DNA of 64,000 bases from Eledone cirrhosa (GCA_964016885.1 OZ024744.1:37820001-37884000), one strand, 5' to 3'. Counted from the stretch's first letter, positions 1 through 14,682 are shown. Notes: generated from the letters alone by a model not told the origin. Numbers and translations: made by a program.

Positions 1-86
1 GCAGCAACAACAAAAGTACCAGCAGCTCTGACGACAACAACAACAGCAGAGAAAAACCAATCTCATTTGCAGGTATTGCGAAAAAC

Positions 87-1673
87 TTGGAAACAATCCT
101 CATAACAAATGAGGAATTAGAGGAAGCGAAGAAGATGGTGACAAAGAACGGACACCGAGCAATCTGCAAGGCAGCGGAAAAATTTTTCAAAACCCAAGAG
201 CACTGTACGGTCACGTACCGTACAGTAAGTACAAAATCCCGTAGGGTGGAAAGAGCCACAGAGGCCCAAATACAAAAAGCCTTGGGGTCTGTGTGGCAGC
301 GGAAAACGCACATCACCCGAGGCAAAAAATATGCCACCGTAGACGTACTTTTTGCCACACCCCAGGAGGCAAAGGCCCAATCAGTAGTGACCCTAAGGAG
401 CGAGGAAATGGTGTTGGTGCCCTCCTACTGCGGGCAAAAAATTGTGAGGGTCAAACTGACCCACGTCCCCCCCGGAATGACCCCTTCTTGGCTGGCCGCG
501 TCTGTCCTAATCGGAATCGAGGACAAAACAACTGTACTGCAAGTACAGAAAAAAGTAAGAGAAGATTGGGTCGGCTCCTCCATTGAGATGCTAATCCAAA
601 CCAACCAGGAGTGCATCGAAGCTATCCCGGATGTGATAGACTTCGATAACGGCACTCAACTGCCCATAAGTGTTGAGGGCAAACGCCCGAAATGCTTTCG
701 CTGTGGATCGAAGACTCACCTCAGGGCCTTCTGCAACGAGAAGACCCTGAGAAAGGAGAAAACCCCCCTCCTTCCGAATCCGGCTCCACGGCTACCAGCA
801 ACAGGACAAGCGGCAACCAGGAACGATAGGTCCGTGGCACCCATACCCACGCCACGGAAATCAAAAACAGCAGCAGCAGTGGAAATATTAACAACAACAA
901 CAGCAATACCAAATGCAGCTGCAACAGAGACTCCAGTGCAAACATCACCAACAACAACAAGTGAAAGAGTGGAGCTGGTACCCCTCCCCGACCTCACAGA
1001 ATCAGACATGGAGTGTGAGGTGGGAGAGGGATGGCAAAAGGTCGCAAGAAGGCACAAACGCAGAAGCAGCGCATCGTCGCCTTTGAAAAGGGAGGAAAGA
1101 AATGAGAAAAGGGTAAAGTCTACTGCAAAGAGACCCACAGCAGCAACAACACCAACACCATCACCACCCACACTAGCACCACCATCACCACCGGCGACAA
1201 CCCCACCGCCAACAACACCTTCAACACCACCACCACAAGCACCAACATCGCAAACACAACAACAAAACACACACACCCAGCAACAACGACAAGAAAATAG
1301 CAGAACCACACCCCACCCCCAGAAAAACAAATGCACGGCAATAAATACACACAACAAGAAACTAATGACTTACATAATTGAACACACAGACATTTCACAA
1401 CAGGACTACATAATACCAGCACCAATCAAAACGCCAACTAACATAAGACTGCTAAAAATAGCACAGAAACAATACACAAACATTAAAACGAAATTCCCCA
1501 ACGCAGTTGGTGATTTCAGGGACCTAGGAGGAACCATTAATCGAAGAGTATATTCAGACATTCTCTTAGAAGAGCCGACGACCAGCCGAAGGGACGATTC
1601 AACGGTCCCTTCACCAGACGATCAAGTGAAAAGGGATGTAAAAACCATCCCTCCTCTACCAAAAGTACGGTAA
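87..1673 (+). CDS. LINE ORF1 gag-like nucleic-acid-binding protein; frame stays open upstream to the window edge
   Basis: Zinc knuckle CFRCGSKTHLRAFC and a Pro/Thr-rich linker. No in-frame stop between 3 and 87, so the TTG start is probably not the real start. Confidence 0.85.
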   Translation: METILITNEELEEAKKMVTKNGHRAICKAAEKFFKTQEHCTVTYRTVSTKSRRVERATEAQIQKALGSVWQRKTHITRGKKYATVDVLFATPQEAKAQSVVTLRSEEMVLVPSYCGQKIVRVKLTHVPPGMTPSWLAASVLIGIEDKTTVLQVQKKVREDWVGSSIEMLIQTNQECIEAIPDVIDFDNGTQLPISVEGKRPKCFRCGSKTHLRAFCNEKTLRKEKTPLLPNPAPRLPATGQAATRNDRSVAPIPTPRKSKTAAAVEILTTTTAIPNAAATETPVQTSPTTTSERVELVPLPDLTESDMECEVGEGWQKVARRHKRRSSASSPLKREERNEKRVKSTAKRPTAATTPTPSPPTLAPPSPPATTPPPTTPSTPPPQAPTSQTQQQNTHTQQQRQENSRTTPHPQKNKCTAINTHNKKLMTYIIEHTDISQQDYIIPAPIKTPTNIRLLKIAQKQYTNIKTKFPNAVGDFRDLGGTINRRVYSDILLEEPTTSRRDDSTVPSPDDQVKRDVKTIPPLPKVR

Positions 1674-1708
1674 GTGGTCTTTCCCATCTTTTCCACTCTA
1701 TTTTAAAC

Positions 1709-4700
1709 ATGACCTCACTCAGAATAGGCAGCATAAATGCGCGTGGCTTGGGGTCGTCATGGAAGCAGGGTCACCTGCTCAACGACCTCAGGTCACTAAA
1801 CATAGATGTAGTGGCCATCAGCGAGACCAGAATCTCCGAAGCACGGGCCTTCGCACCGATCTTCGGCGGCTACGATGTGTACGCATCTCCCAGCCGTCCT
1901 GGATCGGGTGGAGGAGTTGCTGTGCTTTTTCGGAGAGGTTTGGATCTCGCCATACGGGCCTTCTTCCTGGACCCAGAGGGTAAGCTGGTGGTGCTGGACG
2001 TGACCAGCGGAGACGGGCAAGCTTTCAGGCTAGTGGCCGTCTATGCCCCGACAGGAGCAGGGCGGCCTGATTTCTTCCGGCGTCTGGAGACCTTTCTTGG
2101 AACCTCCCGCTCTTTAGTGTTAGTGGGCGACTGGAACGGGATCTTAGATGCACGCTGGGACTGTGTGGGATTAGCGGATAGGAGTGGAGGGTGCAAGAGC
2201 CTCACCAACCTGCTCAGGCGTTTTGAACTGTCTGACAGGTACCGATTGGATTTCCCGAATGTGCCAATGTGGACTTGGACAAACCGCATAGGGTCATCCA
2301 GATCATATCTAGATAGAGTATTTTGTAGGGAAATAGATAGGTCTAGCATAGGCTGTCCACAATTCAAGATAGTCAGCTACACGGACCACAAATTCGTGAT
2401 CTGTGTGCTTGACTTAGATAGGCTTCATAGACGAGGACCCGGCTACTGGAAGCTAAACGCGTCCTTACCAGCGCGCAAGGCCTACAGAGACCGGATTAGC
2501 GAACTAGTTAAGCGGGCGTTGACGGGGGCCATCGTCAACAACAAGTGGTGGTTTGCTCTGAAAAGAGCGATTAGAATAGAATCGATTAGGTTTAGTAAGG
2601 CTTTAGCAATAGAGAAAAATAGAGCAGAGGGAGAACTAGTTAGAAAATTAGACGAGGCGCTTAGCAAAGGCATTGCGACCGACGTGCTTGCGGCGAAATT
2701 GGCCCTTGACCAATTCTTCAATGCAAAGCACGAAGGCTGCGTTGTCAGAGCTAGGGTGCGTGCTCTCAGACACGAGGGGACGAAAGCCGTTCAATGGGCC
2801 CGAGTGGCGGAGGCGCGTCGTGGCAACAAAGCCACGATCCGGTCTTTGGTGGACCACGACGGGCGCATGCTACTCGATCCCGGGCAAATGTGTGAAGCTT
2901 TTCAGCGACACTTCGCTCAGCTGTTCGGGGGCAGCGGGGGGCCGGGTAGAGGGATGGACTTTAGTGTCTACCTCGACGGACTGCCGCGGCTCTCGGCCAC
3001 TGAGGCGAAGTGTTGCGAAAAGCCGATAACAGCCGCTGAAGTAAGGGAGGCAATGACTGGCTGCACAAGGGGTAAATCGCCTGGTTTGGATGGTCTGCCC
3101 TATGAACTTTACGTACAGATGCCAGACTTGTTCGGAGGCCTCTTGGCGGACGTCTACTGCAACTGGCAACAGAACGGGAGAATTCCCAGTTCTGTGAGCC
3201 GAGGAGCGGTGGCACTGCTGAGAAAGGATCCGAACAAGGGGGATAACATAGACAATTTCCGGCCCATAACTCTGCTAAACACAGAGTTTAAGATTTTGGC
3301 CAAGGTGCTAGCAAAGAGGTTGGCGCTTGTCGTTGGTGGTCTGGTGGGAGAGGCGCAGACATGCGCCATTCCCGACAGATCCATCCACGACAACCTCCAC
3401 CTCATGCGATACATCGTAGAGAGGGTAGCTAGGGAACCTGGCACGGGTGGGTCCTTGATCAATTTAGATCAGTCGAAAGCTTTCGATAGGGTCGACCATC
3501 GTTACCTAGCGGCAGTCCTGAGGGCGGCTGGCTTTGGGCCCGTCTTCAGAGGCTGGATCGCTGCCATGCACAGCGACATCTGCTCTGTGGTGAGAGTGAA
3601 CGGTCACCTGTCGGAACCGTTCAACATCATGCGCTCGGTCCGCCAAGGATGTCCCCCTCTCGTCCCTCTTGTACGTATTGACTCTCGAGCCATTACTGCA
3701 CAAACTGGAGACGTTGAGGGGGGTCCCGCGCGAACTAGGATGCGGAAGATCCGTGTCAGCATATGCGGACGATGTCACCGTAGTGGTGTCGAACGCCAAA
3801 CATATCGAGGCGATCGGCACTACACTAAGAGAATACGAAGCGGTGACAGGAGCAATGATCAACCAGGAAAAGTCAGTGGGCCTGCAGCTCGGCACCTGGA
3901 GAGGCAGGTCCATGCCGTCCAACAGCGTCGTCGGACGCTGGACGGACGGACCGGTTAAATTGCTAGGGGTCTGGTTCGGTCCGGACCTCCAGACGGACAA
4001 AAACTGGGACGAGGTGACGAGCAGGGTGGCTTCTCTCACCCAGAAATGGGCCGAGAGGAAGCTATCCCTGAAAGGTCGAGCGGAGGTGGCTAACGCGTAC
4101 ATCGCGTCCGTCATCTGCTACCGCCTGACCGTCGTACCTTGTCCTAAGCCTCGCCTGACTGTGCTGGAGCGTTTGCTCTTTCGCTTTTTGTGGAAGGGAC
4201 GCGCTCCGATGGTTAGGCGGTCCATCTGTTGTCAACACCCGCTACGTGGAGGGCTGGGCATGCCGTGGCTGATGATGCGCAGGCACGCGCTCAGGCTACG
4301 ACATCTCCACCTCTTCCTCGACGGTGATCAGGTGTGGTCGCCGTTTGCTAGACGCGTTTTTCCCCAGCTCGTTTCCTTGACGGAGCTGCAGTCCTGGGTC
4401 AAGCGAAGACCGAGAGGGAGCGCCTGGAGACTGGAATGTCTTCAGGCGCTCACAGCCCTCGACCAATCGGGCAATGTGATCGGTGGAAACTCCACCTCGG
4501 CGTTCTATAGAGGATTAGTGGAGGGGAAGAGCGACGACGTACTTGGGGAAACTCTAGGCGTCGACGAAAATCAACTAGCCAATCTCTTCGGAAGAACTTT
4601 CGGGCCAGGGCCTATGGACAACTTCCAGAAATCTCTGGCCTGGCAGTGCTACCGAGGAGCCTTGCCAGTTCGGGATAAACTCTACAGGCATGGAGGTGCC

Positions 4701-5129
4701 GTCAGCCGGGCATGTCCGAGATGCGCGCAGGGCGACGAAACCGTCCTGCACGCACTCGTCCAGTGTCCGAAAATTGCTGACTTGTGGGTTTATGTCGAAC
4801 ACCTGCTGTCGCGTTTAGGACGGATCCGGCTATCATCTGAGTCCATCGTGAGGATTGCCCCGCCCTCCTCCTTTAGCCGGGAAGGGCAGGCAGTTTTTAT
4901 CTGTCTGGTGGCCATGGCGAAAGAGATAGTATGGTGGACACGTTTGAAAGGGCTGAAGACGAGCACTTACCTCTTCGGTGATGCTCTGATTGACTTTTTC
5001 AAATTTCATTTGAAAAGGAAAATCAGAGTAGAGAAGGAAGTGCTCTCTTCCCAGCATTTTGTTGAAAGATGGGTGAGAGAAGCAAGAATGGCCCGAGTGA
5101 ATGGGCCGACTCTGAGTATATATCTGTAA
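1709..5129 (+). CDS. LINE ORF2 (APE endonuclease, reverse transcriptase, CCHC) with one +1 frameshift near 3653-3657
   Basis: SINARGL, ISETR, GDWN, YLDR and TDH endonuclease motifs. KSPGLDG, FRPITLLN, KAFDRV, RQGCP and YADD RT motifs. CPRC..DETVLHALVQC. ORFs 1709..3958 and 3669..5129 join at a C5 run. Confidence 0.92.
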
Positions 5130-5389
5130 ACTAAAGGTGGAAAACTGGAAGAGGGCACTTGCCTTGGTGGTCAGGGTCATTGTGGCTTTTTACTGGGCTT
5201 TCTCCACAAATGTCCCTCCGAAGTCTCCCCCCTATTGGGGAATTTTTCATTGTTATTTTCATTGTTATTTTTGTTACATCCTCTGTTTTTGTTTTTTTAC
5301 ACGCAGAAATGCCCATTTGTACCGTCCTGCATTGTCCTGCACTGTCCTTAATGTCTACTTTATGTAAACCCTTGTGGTTAATAAAGAAA

Positions 5390-5432
<43 letters not shown>

Positions 5433-5434
<2 letters not shown>

Positions 5435-6640
5435 TTTGAGTCTCAGTCATTGATGTTAGTTAACTGGAAAGTTTGTTGAAATAAATATCAAGCCGCTACC
5501 TGCAGCCTCAGATATTCAGGACGTAGCGGAGGGTTCTTGCTGTTACCAGCAAGCATGCATTTTGAAGTGTTCCAAAAATCGGGGCTGGACTAATCTTCTT
5601 TAACCATACTTGGAAACTTCTTGAGATAGTACCTAGTGCGCCTATGACAATCGGGACGACCTTGACTTCATGGCAGTTCCAAATCCTTTTTACCACCCAC
5701 TTCAAGTCCTGGTATCGGTTAATTTTCTCCCTCTCCTTCTCTTGCACTCTCGTGTCAAATGGGCAGGCTACATCTACAATCAAGAACGATTTTTTTCCCT
5801 TGTCCAAAACCACCAGGTCAAGTCTATTGTGTTCCAGTTTCTTGTCCGTCTGTATCCTAAAATATCAAAGCACCTTCACCTGATCCTTTTCTATCACCGA
5901 CTCTGGCTTATGCTCATACCACTTCTCAGAATGTGGTAAGTTATTTAGTTTGTATAAATACCAGTGAGTCACCTTTCCTATCACATCATGTCTCCAGCCT
6001 TTATAGTGAGTCTGGGCTAGGTGTTTACACTCGGATACAATGTGAGCCACAGTCTCCGCTCTCTAGTCACAGATCCTACACAGTGAGCTAGCCTCCTCCT
6101 TGTAAATATGGTGTTTCACCCACTGCTTTCTGAGGGCCTGCTCCTGCGCAGCCATTAACATTCCTCCTGTAGCCTTTTTAAGGTCTCCTTTTTTAACCAG
6201 TTTCATGTCTGTGGATCTCTAAATTCAGTTTTCTTAAAGAAGGTACTATGAAGGGATTTTCATGAAGGTTGCTCTTCTTCCTTGTTGTTATTTCCTCCTT
6301 GGACATCCCCTGGTCTATTGTCCTCTCCTTCAGTACAGTTCTGAGCATTGGCTCCTTACTATCAGTCACGTATTTGTGTAGGTTGTTTTTCTCCATCTGA
6401 ACACAGTCCTCTATGCCGATAAGACCTCTTCCACCTTCAGATCTCCTTAGGTAGAGTCTAACCACATCACTCCTCTTGTGGAACATGTTGTAGATAGTCA
6501 ATAGCTTCCTAGTCTTCCTATCCATTTCTTTTTGTTCAGCAACATTCCATCTCAGAATTCCCGCACTGTATCTCATAATAGACACAGCTCGGGAATTTAC
6601 TGCACTTATGGCATTCCTATAATTTAGATGTGATTTTAAT
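5433..6640 (-). mobile_element. 3' fragment of R4/Dong-type (restriction-like endonuclease) non-LTR retrotransposon
   Basis: RLYLRRSEGGRGL, HIVSECKHLAQTHYKGWRHD, LIVDVACPFD..EKINRY and PIVIGALG motifs. 3' end runs into (AAT)n. Confidence 0.85.
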
Positions 6641-6772
6641 TATTATTATTAATATTATTGTTGTTGTTATTACTACTATTATCGTAAATAATGAATAAGG
6701 GTGAAAGCAGCGATTCTTTGCTTAAACTTTAATCTGTTATTTTAATAAATATATATATATATATATATATAT

Positions 6773-7228
6773 GGTGGCTGCCAACTCGTTTTCGAGTACG
6801 GCCACTACTTTATATCCATGTAGGAGAACCCCTACTGATGCGCTGAACGAGTGTGACTTTTTAGTCCAGCCAGCGACTTGAAAACTCTGGTACAAACACT
6901 ACACTTGTGACAATTATTGACACATAGTGCTGGGCCCATGGTACAATGTGACGACAAGTGCAGAGAGATCTCCAGATATAAAACAATGCCTGTGCTGTGA
7001 AGCTTTTATAGTGAGCAAAGGCACTGCACAAAGCCAGTCCCACTCTCTTAACCAAGATGATATTTACCAAAAAGAAGAACAAGTCAACATCATTGGATAC
7101 CATCAGGGTTGCAGGTGTTATATCAGAGTTTTCCTTCTCCTAGAATTCTGCCTTGTCAAAGGCTAAGGGGTCATATCTCCCGGTGATTTTGGATGGCCAT
7201 TGACTCTTAAGAGCTCCTTTGCTCTTTG
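6773..7228 (+). repeat. Unclassified interspersed repeat family X, copy 1
   Basis: Near-identical to 42680-43136 (+) and 43786-44183 (-). Flanked by (TA)n. Confidence 0.9.
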
Positions 7229-7285
7229 ATATATATATATGATAAAAAAGAACGTATCATTTATTATGTCATGGCCGGCATTCCC

Positions 7286-7288
<3 letters not shown>

Positions 7289-7342
<54 letters not shown>

Positions 7343-7360
7343 ATAGTAGTAGTAGTAGTA
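7289..7360. repeat. (GTA)n microsatellite
   Basis: Seen directly. Confidence 0.98.
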
Positions 7361-7689
7361 GAAACAGCAGCACTCAAATGGCAACAAATATATAAAATGT
7401 ATTGCATCTGTAATTCTAACGAGCCAGTCTTGTCATAGTTGCGTGAAGCTGAGTCTCCCTGAGAACTACATTATGGGAATGTGTACCTAACAAATGCTCG
7501 GCCATTTGCACGTCAACTTCTCGAGCAAGCTGTATCGTTGTTCGATCAATCAAATCCCTTGTTGTCGGACATGACGGAATCAAGCATATCATGGAAGAAT
7601 GGCCTTTAATTAATCAAACCTGATTTTCTATAATGTTAGTAGTTTAGGGAGAGAGCAATCACAATTATATCAACCCCAGTGCTTGATTA

Positions 7690-8328
7690 GGTCAGCTCCA
7701 GCTATACCTCGACGAGGAACAGGTGTGGTCGCTGTTTACTTGATATAGTTTTTCACAGCTCGTCTCTTTCACAGAAATGCAGTCCTGGATCAAGCAAAGA
7801 CTGAGAGGGAGCGCTCGGAAACTGTAATATCTCCAAGTGATCACAACTCTCAGTTAATTGGACAGTGTGATCGGTTGAGACTCCACCTTAGCCTTTTATA
7901 GATAAACGGTAAAAGCTGATGACGTTCTTGGTTAGAATCTAGGGGTCAACGAAAATCAACTACCCAGTGTTTTCCAGTAGACATTCAGTCCAGGGCCTAT
8001 GGGTAATTTCCAGAAATCCCTGGCCTGTCTGTGCTACCGAAGAATGTTTCCAGTTCGAGATAAACTCTACAAGTATGGATGTGTCGTCCATTGAGCCTCT
8101 CAGAGATGTGCACAAGGCGACTAATGGGTTTGATATTTTAAATTTTTGGGGTCGTCAGGTTTGAAATTTGTAGAAATTTCTTTTTTGTGTACATATTTCT
8201 ACAAATTTCATACTTGACAACCCAATATTTATTTTTTGTAGTCTTCGTTGTAAACCTTTATCTCACGCGTCCTGTATCGTCTTTGTTATCCTTTAATGTA
8301 AGCCCTGTGTTGCTAATAAATAAATCAT
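7690..8328 (+). mobile_element. Degenerate 3' fragment of the same Tx1-like LINE
   Basis: Aligns by eye to 4290-4735 (caggtgtggtcg, cagggcctatgg, gataaactctaca) and ends ccctgtgttgctaataaataaatcatt. Confidence 0.85.
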
Positions 8329-8339
8329 TCGGACAACAT

Positions 8340-8685
8340 CCTTTATGGAATAGAGTTACGGCCCTTTAAGTTCTGAGTTCAAATCCAGCCGAGGTTAACT
8401 TTGTTTTTCATCCTTATGGTCTCGATAAAATAAAATACCAGTAACGAAGTGAGGTCGATTTAATCGACTTTTCCCTCCCCCCCCAAATTGATAGACTTGT
8501 GCCAATAGCAGATATCATTATTATTATTATTTTCATAATCAACATCATTATTATTATGGGTCCGGTGGATTTGCAGTATCGGTAGAATGACGGATAATAT
8601 TTATTACGGGGTCGATAAAAAAAAGTACCAGTAACACAATGGGGTAGTTGTAATTGACTTTTCCTTTCCCTTTCACTTCAACATA
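8340..8685 (+). mobile_element. Two truncated tRNA-derived SINE copies
   Basis: B-box GAGTTCAAATCC, ggtcgataaaataaaataccagt core and (ATT)n tail. The second copy keeps the A-box head ggtggatttgcagtatcggtaga. Confidence 0.8.
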
Positions 8686-8783
8686 TTGACTAGTAATATT
8701 AATCATGAGGAATTGAAGGAAGTGACGTAAACTAAATGATGCATGATATTTATTTGTTACCGTCTTCTATTAGTTTTAATGCT

Positions 8784-8850
<67 letters not shown>

Positions 8851-8934
8851 AAGAAGAAGAAGAAGAAGAAGAAGAAGAAGAAGAAGAAGAAGAAGAAGAA
8901 GAAGAAGAAGAAGAAGAAGAAGAAGAAGAAGAAG

Positions 8935-9007
<73 letters not shown>
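8784..9007. repeat. Compound microsatellite (GTA)n(GAA)n(CAA)n
   Basis: Seen directly. Confidence 0.98.
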
Positions 9008-9009
<2 letters not shown>

Positions 9010-9691
9010 AACAAGGAAACAGAAAATAAATATTTAAAAAAATAGTTTTCACGTATAAAAGAGTAAAAAAAACAACTAGCACGTTATAATATTACACATT
9101 TGCCAAAAATGTTAAGAAATATGAAAGATGGAATTATCTATTTATCTATTTATATTTTATATAGATTTCTTTTATATTAAGCTATTTTAGTTAGATTTAT
9201 TTATTTATAGATTTATATATAGTATTGATTAGGAAAAGATTGCCGTTCTAGCAGCAATTAAGATTAAGGAAACAGAGAAAAATTTTACAGGGAAAGAAAA
9301 CAAGGAATAATCAAAGTGTCTAAGAAAGAAAGAAAGAAGGGTGAAAAAAGAAAAAGAAATCACTCGTACAAGCTCAACTAATCACACACACATGTCATAC
9401 ACATATACATACACACACATAGTACGAACCCAATTGAAATAAAGAGGAATACATATATGTATATATGTATATATATATATATGTGTGTGTATGTGTGTGT
9501 GTATGTGCATATGTGTCTTTGTGTATGTGTATGTGTATACATACAAATGCGCACGCGGAGCAAACACACGCACATATATACACATGTATTTCTTTTAACT
9601 AAAAATTATTCTATGAAAATAACTACATATATACGAAATACAGAATAATAAAGATAATTTATTTCAGAAACAACACCCACAAAAAACTTTG

Positions 9692-9835
<144 letters not shown>

Positions 9836-9974
9836 GACAACAACAACAAAAACAGCAGCAACAACAACGATAGTAATAAGATGAACAAGAACATGGCGAT
9901 TAAATTGATTATAGACAGGAATTAATGAAAAGAGGGAAAATAATAAAAGGAATCATAAAATTGTGAAGGAAACT

Positions 9975-11052
9975 TAGATAAAATATATACACACAAATAT
10001 ACACATACACACTTAAATATAATATAAATAATATATATATATATACACTTAGATAAAATATATATACACAAATATACACACACACACATATATATAGACA
10101 TATATACACATATATACACTTAAATATAATATATATACACATATATACACTGAAATATAATATATATAGACATATATACACTGAAATATAATATATATAC
10201 ACATATATACACACTTAAATATAATATATATACACATAAATATAATATATATACACATATATACACACTTAAATATAATATATATACACATATATACACT
10301 TAAATATAATATATATATACACATATATACACACTTAAATATAATATATATACACATATATACACTTAAATATAATATATATACACATATATACACACTT
10401 AAATATAATATATATACACATATATACACACTTAAATATAATATATATACACAAATATACACAGAAATATAATATATATACACAAATATACACTCAAATA
10501 TAATATACATACACATATATACACATAAATATAATATATATACACAAATATACACTGAAATATAATATATATACACATATATACACTTAAATATAATATA
10601 TATACACATATATACACTGAAATATAATATATATACACATATATACACTGAAATATAATATATATACACATATATACACTGAAATATAATATATATACAC
10701 ATATATACACTGAAATATAATATATATACACATATATACACTGAAATATAATATATATACACATATATACACTCAAATATAATATACATACACATATATA
10801 CACAGAAATATAATATATATACACATATATACACTGAAATATAATATATATACACATATATACACTGAAATATAATATATATACACATATATACACTGAA
10901 ATATAATATATATACACATATATACACTGAAATATAATATATATACACATATATACACTGAAATATAATATATATACACATATATACACTTAAATATAAT
11001 ATATATACACATATATACACTGAAATATAATATATATACACATATATACACT
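9975..11052. repeat. AT-rich minisatellite, ~31-bp unit (atatatacactgaaatataatatatatacac)
   Basis: About 30 tandem units seen directly. Confidence 0.95.
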
Positions 11053-11159
11053 TTAATAAAAGAATATTCATATCTGAATTTTTTTCTTTGTTTCTGTTAA
11101 AGTATAATGTACTTCGCCTGCCACAGAATTTATTCCTAATTTTAATTCTGTTGACGACC

Positions 11160-11675
<516 letters not shown>

Positions 11676-11869
11676 AAAAAAATAATATATGAAATAAACA
11701 ATGATTGTTATATGAAGTCAAATAGCGCATGTGATTTCTATTTCTTAAATAGAATAAATACGGCTGCTATTATTATGATCAAAGACAATACAATGTATTG
11801 ACATCTTTTTCAACCATATTTTTTTACTATCCATAATAACAATAGATATTTTCATACACACGTAAACAC

Positions 11870-12225
<356 letters not shown>

Positions 12226-12277
12226 AAAATAAAATGAAATAAATAAGTCAAATGTTTAAAATTTGGCTTCGTTTATT

Positions 12278-12332
12278 ACTACTATATATATTTCAGTGAC
12301 AGCCATCTTTGGCTGTGACCTCTTCAGGCAGT
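12278..12332 (-). ncRNA. Minimal type I hammerhead ribozyme
   Basis: Minus strand: ACTGC CTGAAGA GGTCACAGCC aaagat GGCTGTCACT GAAA TATATA TA GTAGT. Confidence 0.8.
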
Positions 12333-13307
12333 CCGAATTAGTGTCGTAGAGACGAGTACACATGTTGTTGAGGTGTATAACTTTGTCAATACTCTGATAT
12401 GCCCAGTTCCTGGTTGAGTTGTTATTTCACTGAGGAACTGGAATCATATGAATTCAAACAAACGAATTTCAGCGTCAAAGGGCCTCTTCTCCTCTCATTG
12501 GTCAGTTGTTAGAACATTCCTCAGTCAAAAGTCTATAGAAATTCGTTCTGAGGCAAGCAATCTGTAGTCTTGTTCTTGTTATTGTTAGGTACATCTGACC
12601 TCTATTCTTGGGTTGGTAGTGGTGTTATTGTTGGAGTCAGCTAAAAAAAAATGATAAAGTGGTAGAAGGAATAAGATGGTAAAGGAACAAAATAAAATAA
12701 AATAATCGATAAAATGTGTGTGTGTGTGTTCTACCCGTCTCAATGTTATAAAGATTTGTAAGGTCAAACTTCCCATTGGTCAGTTTTGAGAGCATTTCTC
12801 AGTCCAATGTCTATAGAAATTTTTACTGGGGTGAGGCTCCCTGTAGTGTTTGTGTTTGCTATTGAAGTTTGACCTTACAAATCTTTATAACATTGAGACG
12901 GGTATAACACACATACACACATTTTATTCGATTATTTTATTTTATTTTGTTCCTTTACCATCTTATTCCTTCTACCACTTTATCATTTTTTTTTAGCTGA
13001 CTCCAACAATAACACCACTACCAACCCAAGAATAGAGGTCAGATGTACCTAACAATAACAAGAACAACCCACTACAGATTGCTTGCCTCAGAACGAATTT
13101 CTATAGACTTTTGACTGAGGAATGTTCTAACAACTGACCAATGAGAGGAGAAGAGGCCCTTTGACGCTGAAATTCGTTTGTTTGAATTCATATGATTCCA
13201 GTTCCTCAGTGAAATAACAACCCAACCAGGAACTGGGCATGTCAGAGTATTGACAAAGTTATACACCTCAAAAACATGTGTACTCGTCTCTACCACACTA
13301 ATTGAAG

Positions 13308-13362
13308 ACTGCCTGAAGAGGTCACAGCCAAAGATGGCTGTCACCGAAATATATATAGCAGT
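13308..13362 (+). ncRNA. Minimal type I hammerhead ribozyme, predicted cleavage after A13357
   Basis: ACTGC CTGAAGA GGTCACAGCC aaagat GGCTGTCACC GAAA TATATA TA GCAGT. Perfect core, 5-bp stem I, 10-bp stem II with one C-C mismatch, palindromic stem III. Confidence 0.88.
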
Positions 13363-13504
13363 AATAAACGAAGCCAAATTTTAAACATTTGACTTATTTA
13401 TATCATTTTATTTTACATTACTCCGGAGTAACCAAACCAACCTGCTCACTCGTCGAGTTCTCCAATCTGCATACTCAGGTGTTGGTATACAACCAAAGTA
13501 TACT

Positions 13505-13933
<429 letters not shown>

Positions 13934-14162
13934 AATATATATGAGTGTATGTGTGTGTGTTTATATATATATTTTATATATATATACATCCAAGACACAC
14001 ACACACCACGCAGACAATCAGATCTACTCATTTAGAGGTACATTATCGTTTGTCACTCATAATACAACTACTGTAGTTATAATGGGCCTTCACTTCCCTC
14101 CACTTAGTATTGAAATCATATCGATGACATTTCATATCTTGACTTTGTAGTATGAGCATAAT

Positions 14163-14239
<77 letters not shown>

Positions 14240-14349
14240 GTAATAATAATAAATTTGAAGACTAAAATCCAAAGAGGGCTCGATAAGGATAAATATATAT
14301 CAAATATATAAGAACCGTAGAGCAAATATTTATTAAAATAACAGATTAA

Positions 14350-14400
14350 AGTTTAAGCAAAGAATCGCTGCTTTCACCGTTAACGGGATCTTCTGAAACT
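14350..14400 (-). ncRNA. Type I hammerhead ribozyme variant (U4A, U-U at the base of stem II)
   Basis: Minus strand: AGTTT CAGAAGA TCCCG ttaa CGGT GAAA GCA gcgattctt TGC TT AAACT. Confidence 0.7.
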
Positions 14401-14682
14401 AAAAAGTCAATCTGTGAACGCAGAAGTAAATATTTCAAAAAACGTTGCAACCGAAGGAAGACAGAAAGACGATACTTTGGTTCTTGGCAAAGAACGGGGA
14501 AAAACGAAGATAATACGTCATTATTTGGAGCGGTGAAAAACAATTACACGCAAAGACAAAACCACGTTTATGGTATAAAAGAAGTCATAGACTAATATTC
14601 TATGAGGTGGTTCATGGAGACGTTATCTGGCAATGAACGAAAAAAACGAAGATGATACGTCATTATGTGGACCGGTGAGAAC

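Larger units (their letters stand above)
1..5392 (+). mobile_element. Tx1/L1-clade non-LTR retrotransposon, copy 1 (near intact, 5' end outside window)
   Basis: ORF1 with CCHC knuckle plus ORF2 (APE endonuclease, RT, C-terminal CCHC). 3' UTR ends TTAATAAAGAAATC followed by (ATT)n at about 5393-5432. Confidence 0.95.

Noticed and set aside
716-1357. Antisense ORFs overlapping the LINE ORFs
   Set aside because: Shadow frames of low-complexity or GC-rich coding sequence.
3650-3670. Programmed ribosomal frameshift in ORF2
   Set aside because: Lies inside the conserved RT motif QGCPLS, has no slippery heptamer, and other copies differ in C-run length.
6834-6860. CTGATGCG in repeat family X as a hammerhead core
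   Set aside because: Not CUGANGA, and no correctly placed GAAA or stem III.
6861-7166. ~80-aa ORFs recurring in all family X copies
   Set aside because: Recurrence reflects DNA identity of the repeat. Starts are non-ATG and no domain is recognisable.
9975-11052. CRISPR-like periodic array
   Set aside because: Units are contiguous with no unique spacers, there are no cas genes, and the context is eukaryotic.
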